Source of the DNA: Candidatus Poribacteria bacterium
Lineage (GTDB): Bacteria > Poribacteria > WGA-4E > WGA-3G
Assembly: GCA_965215265.1 (NCBI GenBank)
Contig: OZ244048.1
Coordinates: 3,840,001 to 3,904,000 of the forward strand
Length of the DNA stretch: 64,000 nt
Direction of reading: 5' to 3'
The position numbers and the translations under genes were made by a program. Position 1 is the stretch's first letter, and each line of letters starts with the position of its first letter. The notes beneath the pieces were generated by a model, which saw only the letters and a program-made list of their open reading frames with translations, searched no databases and was not told where the DNA came from. Positions 50,366 to 60,411 of this stretch are shown here, one piece after another.

Positions 50366-52309
50366 TTACCAATGCTTAAAAGAGTACATCTGTTGTCCTA
50401 AAAACAGCCCTAAAATTGCCCAAAGGCTACCCATGACAAATTCACCGAGCATTGTCCCGAAAAAGAAGGGCAATGCTCGACGATACGTCCCAATTCCGCC
50501 GTGTCGGATAAGGATGGATTTGATACCCCACGCGAGGAATACAGGGAACCAGAGTCTACCAAAGTTCCAATTGCCTGCAAGCGGGTAGGCAAGGGGGTGC
50601 AGCTGCCACCAAATAAAACGCAGGCGCATCAGCAGTGTGCTCAACGTAACCCATATCCCGAATCCAAAAAATCCGAGGTGCCGCCAATCCGTATCATTCG
50701 GCAAAGTCAGCCAACGCTGTAAGTCGCTGAAGGCTTCCTGTCCACGCCAAGTGCCTAAGCTCCCATGTTGATAACCGGCGTGCAGGAATGCAGTAAACCC
50801 GAGCAGGAGCCCAACGACCGTTGCACCCCACATCACCCAGAGCAGCTGCCGTGTATTAATCGTGCCCCGGTCGGCAAGTTTGAAGCCTTCCAGTTGATTC
50901 GGCATCGGCTGTGAACGGTAGTTTCGCGTGAACCCATAAAGGAAAGCAAATCCCGTTAAGGTCGGCGGCCCGATTTTTCTTGAGCCCAAAACCGAGGTCA
51001 GAAAAAGCCCGGGCCCCGCACGGTAGAAATCTTGCGTTGGGGTGCCAAGCTCCGCACGCATCCGCGTAAAGGCCAAAACGAGAATAAAATGGACAGTGAA
51101 AAACCCAAGCACACCCCACCAGGACATCCCTGCCTTGAGACAGAAGCCAAACACTATCGCAATACTAACGAGAAATCCGATAAACGTGGTTCTATACCCC
51201 ATCGGTTCATTCGCTGCATTAAGCGTGTTTTTGAACCCTAAAATATTGTGCAACACCTGCCGCAAATGCTTATGCGTTATCCATAATGCAAACAGACAGA
51301 GCCCGAAATACGCACCGAGTGACTGCATATCAATGTGTGGATAGCCCGGTGTTTGATTCAATCCAGTCATCGCGCCGAAGACGAGCTGCGCCTTCCAAAA
51401 AAGATAGAAAAGCCAACAAGAGAGCGATAACTCAAGAGGCATCAGGAAGCCGATACCGATAGCGTACGGGTTAAAATGGATGGGTGTCGAACCGATAGCA
51501 CTGAACGGTTTCTCTGTGAACAACGTCCCAATATCATGCCGAATCGGGATACCCGGAACATAAGGGTAGAGGAAATTGATACCGTTGAGCAGGTCTAGGC
51601 CGCACCCCATCGCAAAACCGAGCCATAGGAGCCGGTTTTTATAAAAACGGGGTGTTTTCGTCATCTCAAACGGAAGTAGAATAATCGGATAGCTCAGCTT
51701 CTCGTGTTCAATCCACTGTTTTCGGAGAATCACGTTGAGCATGAGCATAGAGAACGCAAGTGCAGAAAAGAAGAGCGTCCAAGATAGTACCGGGGTGAGC
51801 CAGGCGCGGATATGCTCGACTTCAAATAGGTTTGAAGTCCCTTCGTAGTAACCGGTTAAAGCACGTCGGTTCATAACCGCAATCCACTCCGGAATGTACC
51901 GGAAGAACAGAGATTGCCATTCATTTTCGGGGGTAGCGAACCAGCTGGCATGCCCAAGGACACACACGGTCGCTTGCAAAAGGTCATGCCCACAAACGAC
52001 ACATGCCAGCGTTACCATGAGGTAAACGGTTAGCATCTCAGCTTGCGTCAGCTGCCACTTCGGGAGGTATCGAGTTAAAAAGAAATTGGAAATCGCAACC
52101 AGAAATAGGGTAAAAATGGCATTGAAGAAAATCGCCATCGTGGTAGGATACTGCGTTGTCCACACTGTTTCTGTTTGAACGACAAGGTAGATGTTAAGGG
52201 GCAGTGAGAGGAGCCCTAAAAGGATGGCTCGCCATGTGACGCTTTCATATTTCCCCGTTTCTAGAGCGATTTTCCAGTCGTGGACTTTCGGATCTTTTTC
52301 TAATACCAT
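50366..52309 (-). CDS. DUF6785/DUF6784 polytopic membrane protein (putative transporter)
   Basis: QWIEHEKLSYP, FTRMRAELG, PNQLEG, WWQLHPLAY, ALPFFFG.MLGEF; many TM helices. Confidence 0.75.
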   Translation of the reverse strand: MVLEKDPKVHDWKIALETGKYESVTWRAILLGLLSLPLNIYLVVQTETVWTTQYPTTMAIFFNAIFTLFLVAISNFFLTRYLPKWQLTQAEMLTVYLMVTLACVVCGHDLLQATVCVLGHASWFATPENEWQSLFFRYIPEWIAVMNRRALTGYYEGTSNLFEVEHIRAWLTPVLSWTLFFSALAFSMLMLNVILRKQWIEHEKLSYPIILLPFEMTKTPRFYKNRLLWLGFAMGCGLDLLNGINFLYPYVPGIPIRHDIGTLFTEKPFSAIGSTPIHFNPYAIGIGFLMPLELSLSCWLFYLFWKAQLVFGAMTGLNQTPGYPHIDMQSLGAYFGLCLFALWITHKHLRQVLHNILGFKNTLNAANEPMGYRTTFIGFLVSIAIVFGFCLKAGMSWWGVLGFFTVHFILVLAFTRMRAELGTPTQDFYRAGPGLFLTSVLGSRKIGPPTLTGFAFLYGFTRNYRSQPMPNQLEGFKLADRGTINTRQLLWVMWGATVVGLLLGFTAFLHAGYQHGSLGTWRGQEAFSDLQRWLTLPNDTDWRHLGFFGFGIWVTLSTLLMRLRFIWWQLHPLAYPLAGNWNFGRLWFPVFLAWGIKSILIRHGGIGTYRRALPFFFGTMLGEFVMGSLWAILGLFLGQQMYSFKHW

Positions 52310-52441
52310 TTCTGAATCTCGACAATCGGATTCATCTGGGCAAAATGTGCAAACTGTAGGTTTCGCAAAAATTGCGACTTGCGTGTAAACTATAAAAAAA
52401 CAACTTAGAAAAGCAGAAACGAGTTAGGGGCTTAGGAAATA

Positions 52442-54547
52442 TTAAAATGTGCGTTCAATACCGTAAGCAATTTTAGGTTTCAGCGATGGTGGCGCGGGGG
52501 CATCAAACGGGAAAGCGAGCTCAATACGAAAAATCCCAGCCCCACTAACACGCGTGAAACTCCCCCGGATTCCGAAACCAACACTTCGCTTCGGTTCACT
52601 CAGATTGAACGTCCGCTTGCCGTTCCAGATGTAGCCGATGTCCGCAAACGCCGTGGCACTCAAGACGAGCCCGAGATTAACCTCATTTTTGATAAACGGC
52701 CGGACACAGAACGTAGCGATAGCATCGATGCCTTGATTTAAGCCTCGGAAAAAGGTGCCGCCAAGAACGGTTCTGGATTCAAGACTTAGCAACATCATTT
52801 TTTCGCCGTTAAACTGCCGATATGTGTAACCACGTAGCCCGTTAAAAGTGCCGAGGAAGACCTGGCTCTCTCCGCTCCACCCAAACTGCATTTCCGTTTT
52901 AAATTGTGCAACGAACGTCTGATGAAAGTCGAAAAGACCGTTATCTCTAAAACCGCTTTCGAGGGTATACATGTCCCCCGTATTGAAGACATCGGTATAA
53001 AACAGCGAGGTGCGTGCTTGAAAAATAGGACGTTCAATGCGGCTTGTGAAATTTGTGCTCAGCGCAACTTCGCTTGTCCCAAGAAGCCAATCTCCCTGCA
53101 GCCAACCAGAGTATAACGCGAGCTCAACTGAAGATTCCGACCGGTCAGAGCCGTATAAAGGGGATGCGTGTCCAATAGAGAGCCCATATTGAGAACCGAC
53201 GAAAAAATCTTCAACCGAACCCATCCGTCTAATGAACCGAGTCTGATGATACGCCACGTGTTTTCGTCCCACTGTAAACCCAACCCGTTTGATGTCGCGA
53301 TTAACCGGTGCAGCCGCAGAGGCCCCTGACTTACCAATCAGTAAGTATTTTGAACGTTTTGACACTGTCCAAAGCCCCACGTAAATTTGCTGCTGCCGGC
53401 CACCGAAGTACCGGCGAACAGAGCCGGATGCACCGTGTACATTTCGTTCAAATATATCTGTTTTTTTTCCAGATTCATACCACGATACCTCATCAACCGA
53501 TTCTGATAGTCCAAAGCTCGCACTCCACCGGCTTTTCAGCGTATATTGCGGTCGTTCTAACAAAACAACCCAGGAGTCGCCCTCGCGTTTCTGAATGTAT
53601 TCCCCATCAAAATTCCACCGTGACTCGAAAACCCGTGGCACCTCATACTTCCCCCAGAACCGGCTGCGCGTTTTATCATCACCTTCGCTGACGCGTTCAT
53701 ACCGTAATTGTACGCCTTGGCCGGACCCAAATAGATTCGACTCCCTAATTTGTGCAAATAGATAGCGCCGCTCACTGTTCAGATACTGACTCGGATCCAG
53801 TGCAGGAAGTAAAGTCGGCAACAAGTCTACTACGATGACGTTGACTGAGACAGTCTGTTGCTGCTCATTCCACCCCGCATGAATTTTGGTATCGCCCAGG
53901 TACGCTTTCTGTCGAAGAATTCGTTCACTCTCCTCTTTATCCGCCTCCGTATAGACATCTCCAACTTCAAACAGAAGTTCACGAAGAATAACCTCCGTTT
54001 TCGTTTTCTCCTCGCCAGATACGCTAATCTGCCCGATAAGCCCCTCATCTATTACAATACCAATATAGATGCCATCGGAAAATTTTTTTACGGTGAATTG
54101 CTCCTTAGGAACGCGGGCAAATCGGAAGCCTTTCTCCCGGTAGAACTGTTCAATCGCTTCAAAATCCTGGTGTAATACAGCTTCATCATAAAGAGCCCAT
54201 ACATCTGTCTTCATGAGTGCACGAATTTGATAGTCCGGTAAGGAATGATTACCTGTAATCACAAGACTCCGGACAGTGTTTCCTTCACTAGCCACTTCTT
54301 TCTGTTCCGGCAGCTCGCCGACACCTAAAGAAAGCGAAGGATTGAGGAGGATAAAAAAGAATAAACAGATACAAAAAATTCTGAAGTTGTAACGTTGCAA
54401 AGAGAAAACGGACCCAGTGTCAAGTCTATGTGTAGGGGTAAGAGAATCCCGACGTGTTGAAAGGCGCTTCATAACCTTAGAGATTGTACAACATCTTAAC
54501 CATTTTGCGAAACCCTTCAACTTTCCGTGTGGTTTATATCGGGACAT
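52442..54547 (-). CDS. Omp85/BamA-family outer membrane protein with POTRA domains
   Basis: POTRA repeats (ITGN..L, SGEEKTKTEVILREL), ESNLFGSG, LRGY, FADIG, SVGFGIR, terminal Phe. True start may be downstream. Confidence 0.85.
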   Translation of the reverse strand: MSRYKPHGKLKGFAKWLRCCTISKVMKRLSTRRDSLTPTHRLDTGSVFSLQRYNFRIFCICLFFFILLNPSLSLGVGELPEQKEVASEGNTVRSLVITGNHSLPDYQIRALMKTDVWALYDEAVLHQDFEAIEQFYREKGFRFARVPKEQFTVKKFSDGIYIGIVIDEGLIGQISVSGEEKTKTEVILRELLFEVGDVYTEADKEESERILRQKAYLGDTKIHAGWNEQQQTVSVNVIVVDLLPTLLPALDPSQYLNSERRYLFAQIRESNLFGSGQGVQLRYERVSEGDDKTRSRFWGKYEVPRVFESRWNFDGEYIQKREGDSWVVLLERPQYTLKSRWSASFGLSESVDEVSWYESGKKTDIFERNVHGASGSVRRYFGGRQQQIYVGLWTVSKRSKYLLIGKSGASAAAPVNRDIKRVGFTVGRKHVAYHQTRFIRRMGSVEDFFVGSQYGLSIGHASPLYGSDRSESSVELALYSGWLQGDWLLGTSEVALSTNFTSRIERPIFQARTSLFYTDVFNTGDMYTLESGFRDNGLFDFHQTFVAQFKTEMQFGWSGESQVFLGTFNGLRGYTYRQFNGEKMMLLSLESRTVLGGTFFRGLNQGIDAIATFCVRPFIKNEVNLGLVLSATAFADIGYIWNGKRTFNLSEPKRSVGFGIRGSFTRVSGAGIFRIELAFPFDAPAPPSLKPKIAYGIERTF

Positions 54548-54622
54548 TATGCGTCACCTGCGGTGAGTGTCCGCTTACTTTCTTTCTTCCGATTTGACAG
54601 AACATCGCTTGGAATTTGCTTG

Positions 54623-56764
54623 CTAATTGGGTTCTCTTTTGCCGTTTATGCTTGAGACAAAACCTTCAATCAGGAGAAGACTGACGGCTAAAATAAGCAA
54701 TTCGCCCCAGATTTCTCTACCGTGCCGGTTCACATTATAAGCCTCACTTCCAACAACATCCTCATCTGTACTATGAGTCTGTGCATCGACACGCGCTGCT
54801 GTCTCCTGAAGGTCGATTTGAACTAAATCAGATTCAGCGGTATCAACGTTAACGGCGAAAAAGTCACGTTGAAGTCTGCCCTGCGTTTTTATTTCAAGTT
54901 GATATATCCCTGGGCGTTGTGCAATTTGAAAACGCAGCGTTCCATCCTCTGTAATCGGCACTACCGTTGAAGTGTCTAGACTGCGGTTTAACTCACCTGT
55001 TACTGCGTCATCAGCATCCGGGACGCGGCTGATTGTGGCTTTCGCACCTGCAGCGCGTCGATATGTGGCGATATAGGTTTCTCCGATATGCCAACTTTTA
55101 CGGGCTGCTTTCCTCGTGTAAAGCACACTCTGTTGGAGGAGCGGTAGAAAGTATGGATTGATTAGCAGCATTGCATCTGTTTCGTCTGTATCTCTCTGTA
55201 GGCTGCAGTTATAGAGTAACACCGCACTACCATTTCGGTTTCTCTTCTGTTCAATAAGAAAAGGTATTTCATGGCTACCCTGTTCTTGGAAATGCGCGAG
55301 GACCTCGGCTTCAGGCGAAGGATGTAGCGTCACACCGCTATAAAATTGGGGCGCGTACTGTGGGGAAAACCCTTCAGTCGGAAAAATGTCAAAGATTGCA
55401 TGCGTTTGTTGATACACGCCAACTTGTTGCGGTGTTGTCCAAGTTAGGGGGGTGCCAATGGTTGCAGGGAAGACATCCGCCAGTTGATTGTAACTTTTCG
55501 CATCGCTGCGCCGGCTGACAAATGCTATAATACCTTTGCCACCGCGAATGCACGCACGGAGCTGCTCCCCTATTTGTGCCGAAATCTTCGGTACGTCCCC
55601 GAGAATGATAACGTCATAATCCTCTATTGGAAACGTCTCAAACTCAGCGGGGGTACATTGCGTCGGTAAAATCATCGTGCCGTTGTCAGGATTTAACGCC
55701 AAGGCAAGGTATTGGGTTTGCTCGCCTACACACAAGACGCGCACCTCACCGAGTACCTCCACCGCAAAATAGCGTCGATTGTCGACATTGAGCCGGTCAG
55801 ATGTGAGTGTAAAATAGCCCGTATGTGTCCCTAGTGTAGAGAAAGTATATGTTGAGATATGCCTTGCGATATGCGCTTTGGAGTTTCTACCTAAATGCGA
55901 TTCATCTGCATTTGCGGAAACATTCATCGTTCTCCGTTTTTGCCCCCCGATAAACAACGTCAGTGTACTCTGCTCTAACGGAGCACCTGAATAATTGGTT
56001 GCAGTCACATTCAATTGGAGCGGTAAATTGACACCAATTAGTTGATTGGAAACCGAAATTGCTTCAATATTTGTGTTGTGTGCATCCTGTTTGGTCACCG
56101 GAATCAGAGAGATACTTGCCCCTGAACGGTTCGGAACGGCTTTTAAATCTTTCCAGCCATTCTGGGCGAAATCAGAGATGAGATAGAGTTCTTTGTTCAA
56201 CTCTTTGGAATCTGCAAGTATGTCATGTGCAAGTTCGAGACTCGGCGGTACGTTTGTCGTACGGTATGAGACTGTGGCTGCCTCAATTGCCCCTATAACT
56301 TGTGAGATATCGGGTGTCAGTTGGCGGAAAACAGGTTCCGGGGCATCGGACATTAAAATGAGCGAGGCACTATCGCCTTGTTGAAGGGAGCGGAGAACAT
56401 CAATGCCGAGTGCCTTGCCTTTATCAAACAGAACGCCATCAACCCCTTCATACCCCATACTATACGAATTGTCCAAAACGATAACGACATCGGTTTTGGC
56501 ACGGATTGCCGCTATCGGTAACCCGAACGTTAGAAATGGGCGTGCCAAAGCGAGCGCGAGCAGCGCCACAATTAACATCCGTAAAAGCAGAATTAGCAGA
56601 TTTTTGAGTTGAACGCGACGTACATTTTGGCGATGTGCCGCCATAAGAAACATGAGGCTACTAAAATCTATTGTCACGGCACGGCGACGACTCCACAGAT
56701 GGATAATTAACGGAATGCTAGCAGCGAGGAGACCAAAAAGGAAAAGTGGGTTGAGAAAAGCCAT
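54623..56764 (-). CDS. BatA and vWA domain membrane protein
   Basis: MAFLNPLFL..PLIIHL..FSSL..LALARP, MIDAS DNSYSM, LISDF, DN.RY, FAVNVDTAESDL, C-terminal TM. Confidence 0.85.
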   Translation of the reverse strand: MAFLNPLFLFGLLAASIPLIIHLWSRRRAVTIDFSSLMFLMAAHRQNVRRVQLKNLLILLLRMLIVALLALALARPFLTFGLPIAAIRAKTDVVIVLDNSYSMGYEGVDGVLFDKGKALGIDVLRSLQQGDSASLILMSDAPEPVFRQLTPDISQVIGAIEAATVSYRTTNVPPSLELAHDILADSKELNKELYLISDFAQNGWKDLKAVPNRSGASISLIPVTKQDAHNTNIEAISVSNQLIGVNLPLQLNVTATNYSGAPLEQSTLTLFIGGQKRRTMNVSANADESHLGRNSKAHIARHISTYTFSTLGTHTGYFTLTSDRLNVDNRRYFAVEVLGEVRVLCVGEQTQYLALALNPDNGTMILPTQCTPAEFETFPIEDYDVIILGDVPKISAQIGEQLRACIRGGKGIIAFVSRRSDAKSYNQLADVFPATIGTPLTWTTPQQVGVYQQTHAIFDIFPTEGFSPQYAPQFYSGVTLHPSPEAEVLAHFQEQGSHEIPFLIEQKRNRNGSAVLLYNCSLQRDTDETDAMLLINPYFLPLLQQSVLYTRKAARKSWHIGETYIATYRRAAGAKATISRVPDADDAVTGELNRSLDTSTVVPITEDGTLRFQIAQRPGIYQLEIKTQGRLQRDFFAVNVDTAESDLVQIDLQETAARVDAQTHSTDEDVVGSEAYNVNRHGREIWGELLILAVSLLLIEGFVSSINGKREPN

Positions 56765-56793
56765 ATTGAAAATGAAATAAAAAATGAATCCGT

Positions 56794-56904
56794 CCCAGTA
56801 GGTGGCAGGTAAAAGGGAAGGGAAGTTCTCCCCGCTCGCGGGGAGGAATCCCCTTTCTTATCTCTCCTGAAAGGAGAGATAAAGAATACCTATCCTGCCA
56901 CTTT
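56794..56904 (+). repeat. Repeat family C, copy 1 (MITE-like, with a nested CCCCGCTCGCGGGG hairpin)
   Basis: Arms GTGGCAGGTAAAAGG ... AAAGAATACCTATCCTGCCAC. Confidence 0.75.
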
Positions 56905-57111
56905 TTTTAAACTGATAACGGCGGTAGCTCTACCGCTACCATGAAACGCTTTTTCTTTAGTAAAACACTTTAGAGTGGCTTATGAAAACAGAGAGACATT
57001 GCGGCTCGCACGCCCTGCCCCGGAAGGCGAGGTTTCCAACCTCGCGAGTTACAATGTCCACGTCATTGTGAAATCCAATATAAAAAGGAGATAAATCGGG
57101 CTAATGTCGTA

Positions 57112-58638
57112 TTAATCAACAACGACAATTTCAAGTTGATTTAGTGTCCGGAGTACCTCCGTCGCGAATTCTGTCAGCGTATCGGACTCAAGGGTGCTAC
57201 CACCGAGTTGAATATGAGTTGCATCGGCCCTAACCTGACCCAACGTCGGATCCATCTGCACCCATCTGCCAACGTAAACCTCCGGCCAAAAGTGGTAATA
57301 GAACGCATTTCGCGAAAAGACAAGTCCTGAACAGATTCTTGCGGGGATGCCAACGGCACGCGCCAGCGCGATGAATAACACTGTGTGCTCCGTGCAATCT
57401 CCACTACCAGTTTTTAAGGCTGTCAGTGAGGAAGCGAAACCACCATTTATTTCTTTGTCCAAAATAGCAGCGTAAACCCATTCGCACAATTTCTTCGAGG
57501 CACGCCACGAATTGACTTCTGCTTCCAAGATTTCTAATGCCTTCGCGAGGATGGTTGGGTGTTCGGCTTGAATATACGCAGTTGCTGAGAGATACGGATC
57601 CAATTCTGAATTCTGAATAGGTAAATCTGGACAACTTTCAACGTCAACCGTCGGAATTTGAATTGAAACCGTCCCTGCCTGGTCTGAGGTTAGGTGCAGT
57701 TTCTGTCGAGAATTAGACATGATGGCATCGGCGACATTCCCCTTCGTGAGGCTCACCGCCGCTACCAGATGTGCTGCCTTAGGAGACGGACGTTTACCCG
57801 TGGCAAGAATACGTGTTCGTAAAATAACGTCAATTTCGCCAATATCGCCCAAGGCGCTCTCCTTATCCGTTTTCGTCGCTATCAATGACAGCCCCATTAG
57901 CGGTGTTTCCGTGCGGTATGTTACTTCTCCATCGCGCGAAGTCCACATACGTGTCGTAATCCCATCCATCATATCCAATGTCTGATCGATTATATAAACC
58001 TGTTTTTCCTCAGACTGATAGGTTATAGTCTCCTCAGCTACCACATGCAGTTCTGCTTTGATAGGTAGAAGCAGGTCGTAGCTAAATAAGTTAAACGTTT
58101 TTCTATCCCCAATTTCAAATTGCTTCTGACTGAGGAGCAACTGTGCGCCCACGAGCCCGGAAATCGTATTAGGTGGCAGCGGTATTTCGGATTCCGTGGT
58201 TTCGCCGTTAAGTATTGTCTTAATGTAAGCAACATTATCTAGAATGTGTCCCTCTACCTGTTTTAAGCCGGGCGTATTAGAGGTTGAACGGAAGTGGCGC
58301 GGCATTAAACGGGAATCCGTATACTCAACATACGTCATTTCAAGAGTCGTGTCTTTTCCGAGTGCTTTGAAACTCAGCAACATATCTGTCCGGTTTCGAA
58401 GCATGACTTCTCCTTGATACTCGGCCTTTTCAACGTATGTATGCATATAGCCGAGTTTAGTATTCATCAAGGAGAGGTTGTACCAACTCTCTTGGGGCTG
58501 TGATAGCATACTCTCAAAAGCATCATGTTCTACTGTGTCTGCTGCATAGACTGTTGCCGCGACAAAAATAGTTACCATGCAAAGCTTTGATAATATCATC
58601 TCTGTATGACTCCTTTGGTATGAATCTATTCTCGGCAA
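57112..58638 (-). CDS. Transglutaminase-like domain secreted protein
   Basis: GDCTEH (Cys), ALARAVGIPAR, YHFWPEVY, WVQMDPT catalytic triad. Signal peptide near MILSKL. Confidence 0.88.
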   Translation of the reverse strand: MPRIDSYQRSHTEMILSKLCMVTIFVAATVYAADTVEHDAFESMLSQPQESWYNLSLMNTKLGYMHTYVEKAEYQGEVMLRNRTDMLLSFKALGKDTTLEMTYVEYTDSRLMPRHFRSTSNTPGLKQVEGHILDNVAYIKTILNGETTESEIPLPPNTISGLVGAQLLLSQKQFEIGDRKTFNLFSYDLLLPIKAELHVVAEETITYQSEEKQVYIIDQTLDMMDGITTRMWTSRDGEVTYRTETPLMGLSLIATKTDKESALGDIGEIDVILRTRILATGKRPSPKAAHLVAAVSLTKGNVADAIMSNSRQKLHLTSDQAGTVSIQIPTVDVESCPDLPIQNSELDPYLSATAYIQAEHPTILAKALEILEAEVNSWRASKKLCEWVYAAILDKEINGGFASSLTALKTGSGDCTEHTVLFIALARAVGIPARICSGLVFSRNAFYYHFWPEVYVGRWVQMDPTLGQVRADATHIQLGGSTLESDTLTEFATEVLRTLNQLEIVVVD

Positions 58639-58697
58639 AGTTAGCTAGTCAGTCAGTTCTGTTTAATTATACCCAATCTACCTGCCTATAGTCAAGT

Positions 58698-59279
58698 TTA
58701 CTCGTGATTCTTAAATGCCATTGCAACCGTATGTGTGTGTCGCTGTTTAACTTTCCGGTAGTTCCCAAAAATGTTCCGGAAATTCCGTTTGATAAAGTCC
58801 CGAATCCCTGAAATCGTCACAACATAGAGTTGTCCACCAGGGTTGAGATGCACTTTTGCATCGTTTAGGAAAATTTGAAAGAGCTCTTTACCGACATTCG
58901 CAGGCAAATTGGATACAATCAGATCAAACTTGATATCGGAGAGATGGCTAAACCCGTTGCTCAAACGAACGTGACAGTTCTGAAGTCCGTTCTGTTGGAC
59001 GTTTTTGCGGGCGTAATCTATCGCGATGAAGTCTTTATCCACCATATAGACAGTAGCGTTCTGTCTGCATTTTGCAATTGTTACACCGATAGCCCCATAT
59101 CCACATCCAAGGTCAAGGCAGGTATCACTATCGCGCAGCTCTAAATTTTCGATAAGCAGCCGTGTTCCTGCATCAATTGCTTTGGGCGAGAAAAGTCCCC
59201 AGGTTGTGTAAAAGATTAACGGTACTCCGCGGCATTCAGCGTTGAACCTAATTTTTCGCGCCGGTATTTCTATTGCCAT
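58698..59279 (-). CDS. Class I SAM-dependent methyltransferase (MTS/RsmC-like)
   Basis: GLFSPKAIDAGTRLL, LDLGCGYGAIG, FDLIVSNLP. Confidence 0.85.
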   Translation of the reverse strand: MAIEIPARKIRFNAECRGVPLIFYTTWGLFSPKAIDAGTRLLIENLELRDSDTCLDLGCGYGAIGVTIAKCRQNATVYMVDKDFIAIDYARKNVQQNGLQNCHVRLSNGFSHLSDIKFDLIVSNLPANVGKELFQIFLNDAKVHLNPGGQLYVVTISGIRDFIKRNFRNIFGNYRKVKQRHTHTVAMAFKNHE

Positions 59280-60241
59280 TTTATCAGAACTCCGAGTGTT
59301 TTCCCGGGCGAATTCCAGAGCAAATCAAACGCCGCTTTCGCATCCGTATAGTGAAACCGGTGCATAATCATCTCTGCTGGACGAATATCACCGTGCCGTA
59401 TCTTTTGCAAAGCACGCGTAGCAATCTGTGAACGAGGCTCCTTGGTTAAGATACCGGCAACAAGCCGTTTGCTCATCATTTTTGACGAATGTAGAGGGAG
59501 CGGTTTTTGCTGATAGAGCGCAATCAACTGGATTGTTCCCATTTGCCGTGTCATTTCCTGTGCTTGTTCAAACGATGTCACCCCTGCATAACCGCCAACA
59601 CAGTCTATCACCAGCTCAGCCCCTTTTCCGTCTGTGAGCCGTTGGACTGCTTGGACCGGGTCAACTTCTGTGGCATTGACCGTCTCGTCGGCACCGAGTT
59701 GTATTGACAATTCACACCGAAAGGGTAGGGCATCAACCGTGATAATTCGTGCCGGGTTGTAGCTGCGCATGACTTGCATCATTAAACTGCCGACTAATCC
59801 TTGCCCTAAAACCACGACGGTATCGCCGGGCTTAACACCGGATGAATCTGCCCAAGCGACGGCACTCGTGGCAAGCGGGAGGAATGTGCCTTCTTCAAAA
59901 GAGACATCATCAAGGAGACGGACAATACGCCCATCAGTTTCGATGGGTTCTGCAATCGCGTATTGGGCATGCGGTGCCACAACCATGACGCGCTCATCGA
60001 CACAATAATTTGTGACTTCTGCACCGGCAGCCTCGACGGTACCAGTGAGGGAGTAACCCATAATTGATGGCGGAACCGCCTCTTCTCGAATGTAACGCCG
60101 AAAGAGTTCAGAACCGCGGCTGATTAAGGTAGTATCCGTCTTTACAAGCATCTGTCGCGGCGTTATGGTTGGTACCGGCACTTCTTCGAGTTGGATGTTG
60201 CCGAATCCTTGTGGTTTTGTTACGCGAATCATTTTTCCCAT
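59270..60241 (-). CDS. MDR-family (zinc-binding type) dehydrogenase
   Basis: ISRGSE, GYSLTGTV, VVVLGQGLVG, GAELVIDCVG. Confidence 0.85.
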   Translation of the reverse strand: MGKMIRVTKPQGFGNIQLEEVPVPTITPRQMLVKTDTTLISRGSELFRRYIREEAVPPSIMGYSLTGTVEAAGAEVTNYCVDERVMVVAPHAQYAIAEPIETDGRIVRLLDDVSFEEGTFLPLATSAVAWADSSGVKPGDTVVVLGQGLVGSLMMQVMRSYNPARIITVDALPFRCELSIQLGADETVNATEVDPVQAVQRLTDGKGAELVIDCVGGYAGVTSFEQAQEMTRQMGTIQLIALYQQKPLPLHSSKMMSKRLVAGILTKEPRSQIATRALQKIRHGDIRPAEMIMHRFHYTDAKAAFDLLWNSPGKTLGVLIKWQ

Positions 60242-60262
60242 TTTTTTATCCCTTGATTGGCT

Positions 60263-60337
60263 AAAGTGGCAGGATAGGTATTCTTTCTCTGTCCATGAGA
60301 GAAGATTACCTTTTACCTGCCACCCACTGGGCCGATT
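60263..60337 (-). repeat. Repeat family C, copy 2 (inverted)
   Basis: AAAGTGGCAGGATAGGTATTCTTT ... CCTTTTACCTGCCACCCACTGGG is the reverse complement of the 56794-56904 arms. Confidence 0.75.
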
Positions 60338-60411
60338 AGCATCTACGTCTCACCATTTTTGGACTTATACACCATGAGATGGCGCATATAGGAATATCAC
60401 AAGACGTTCGT

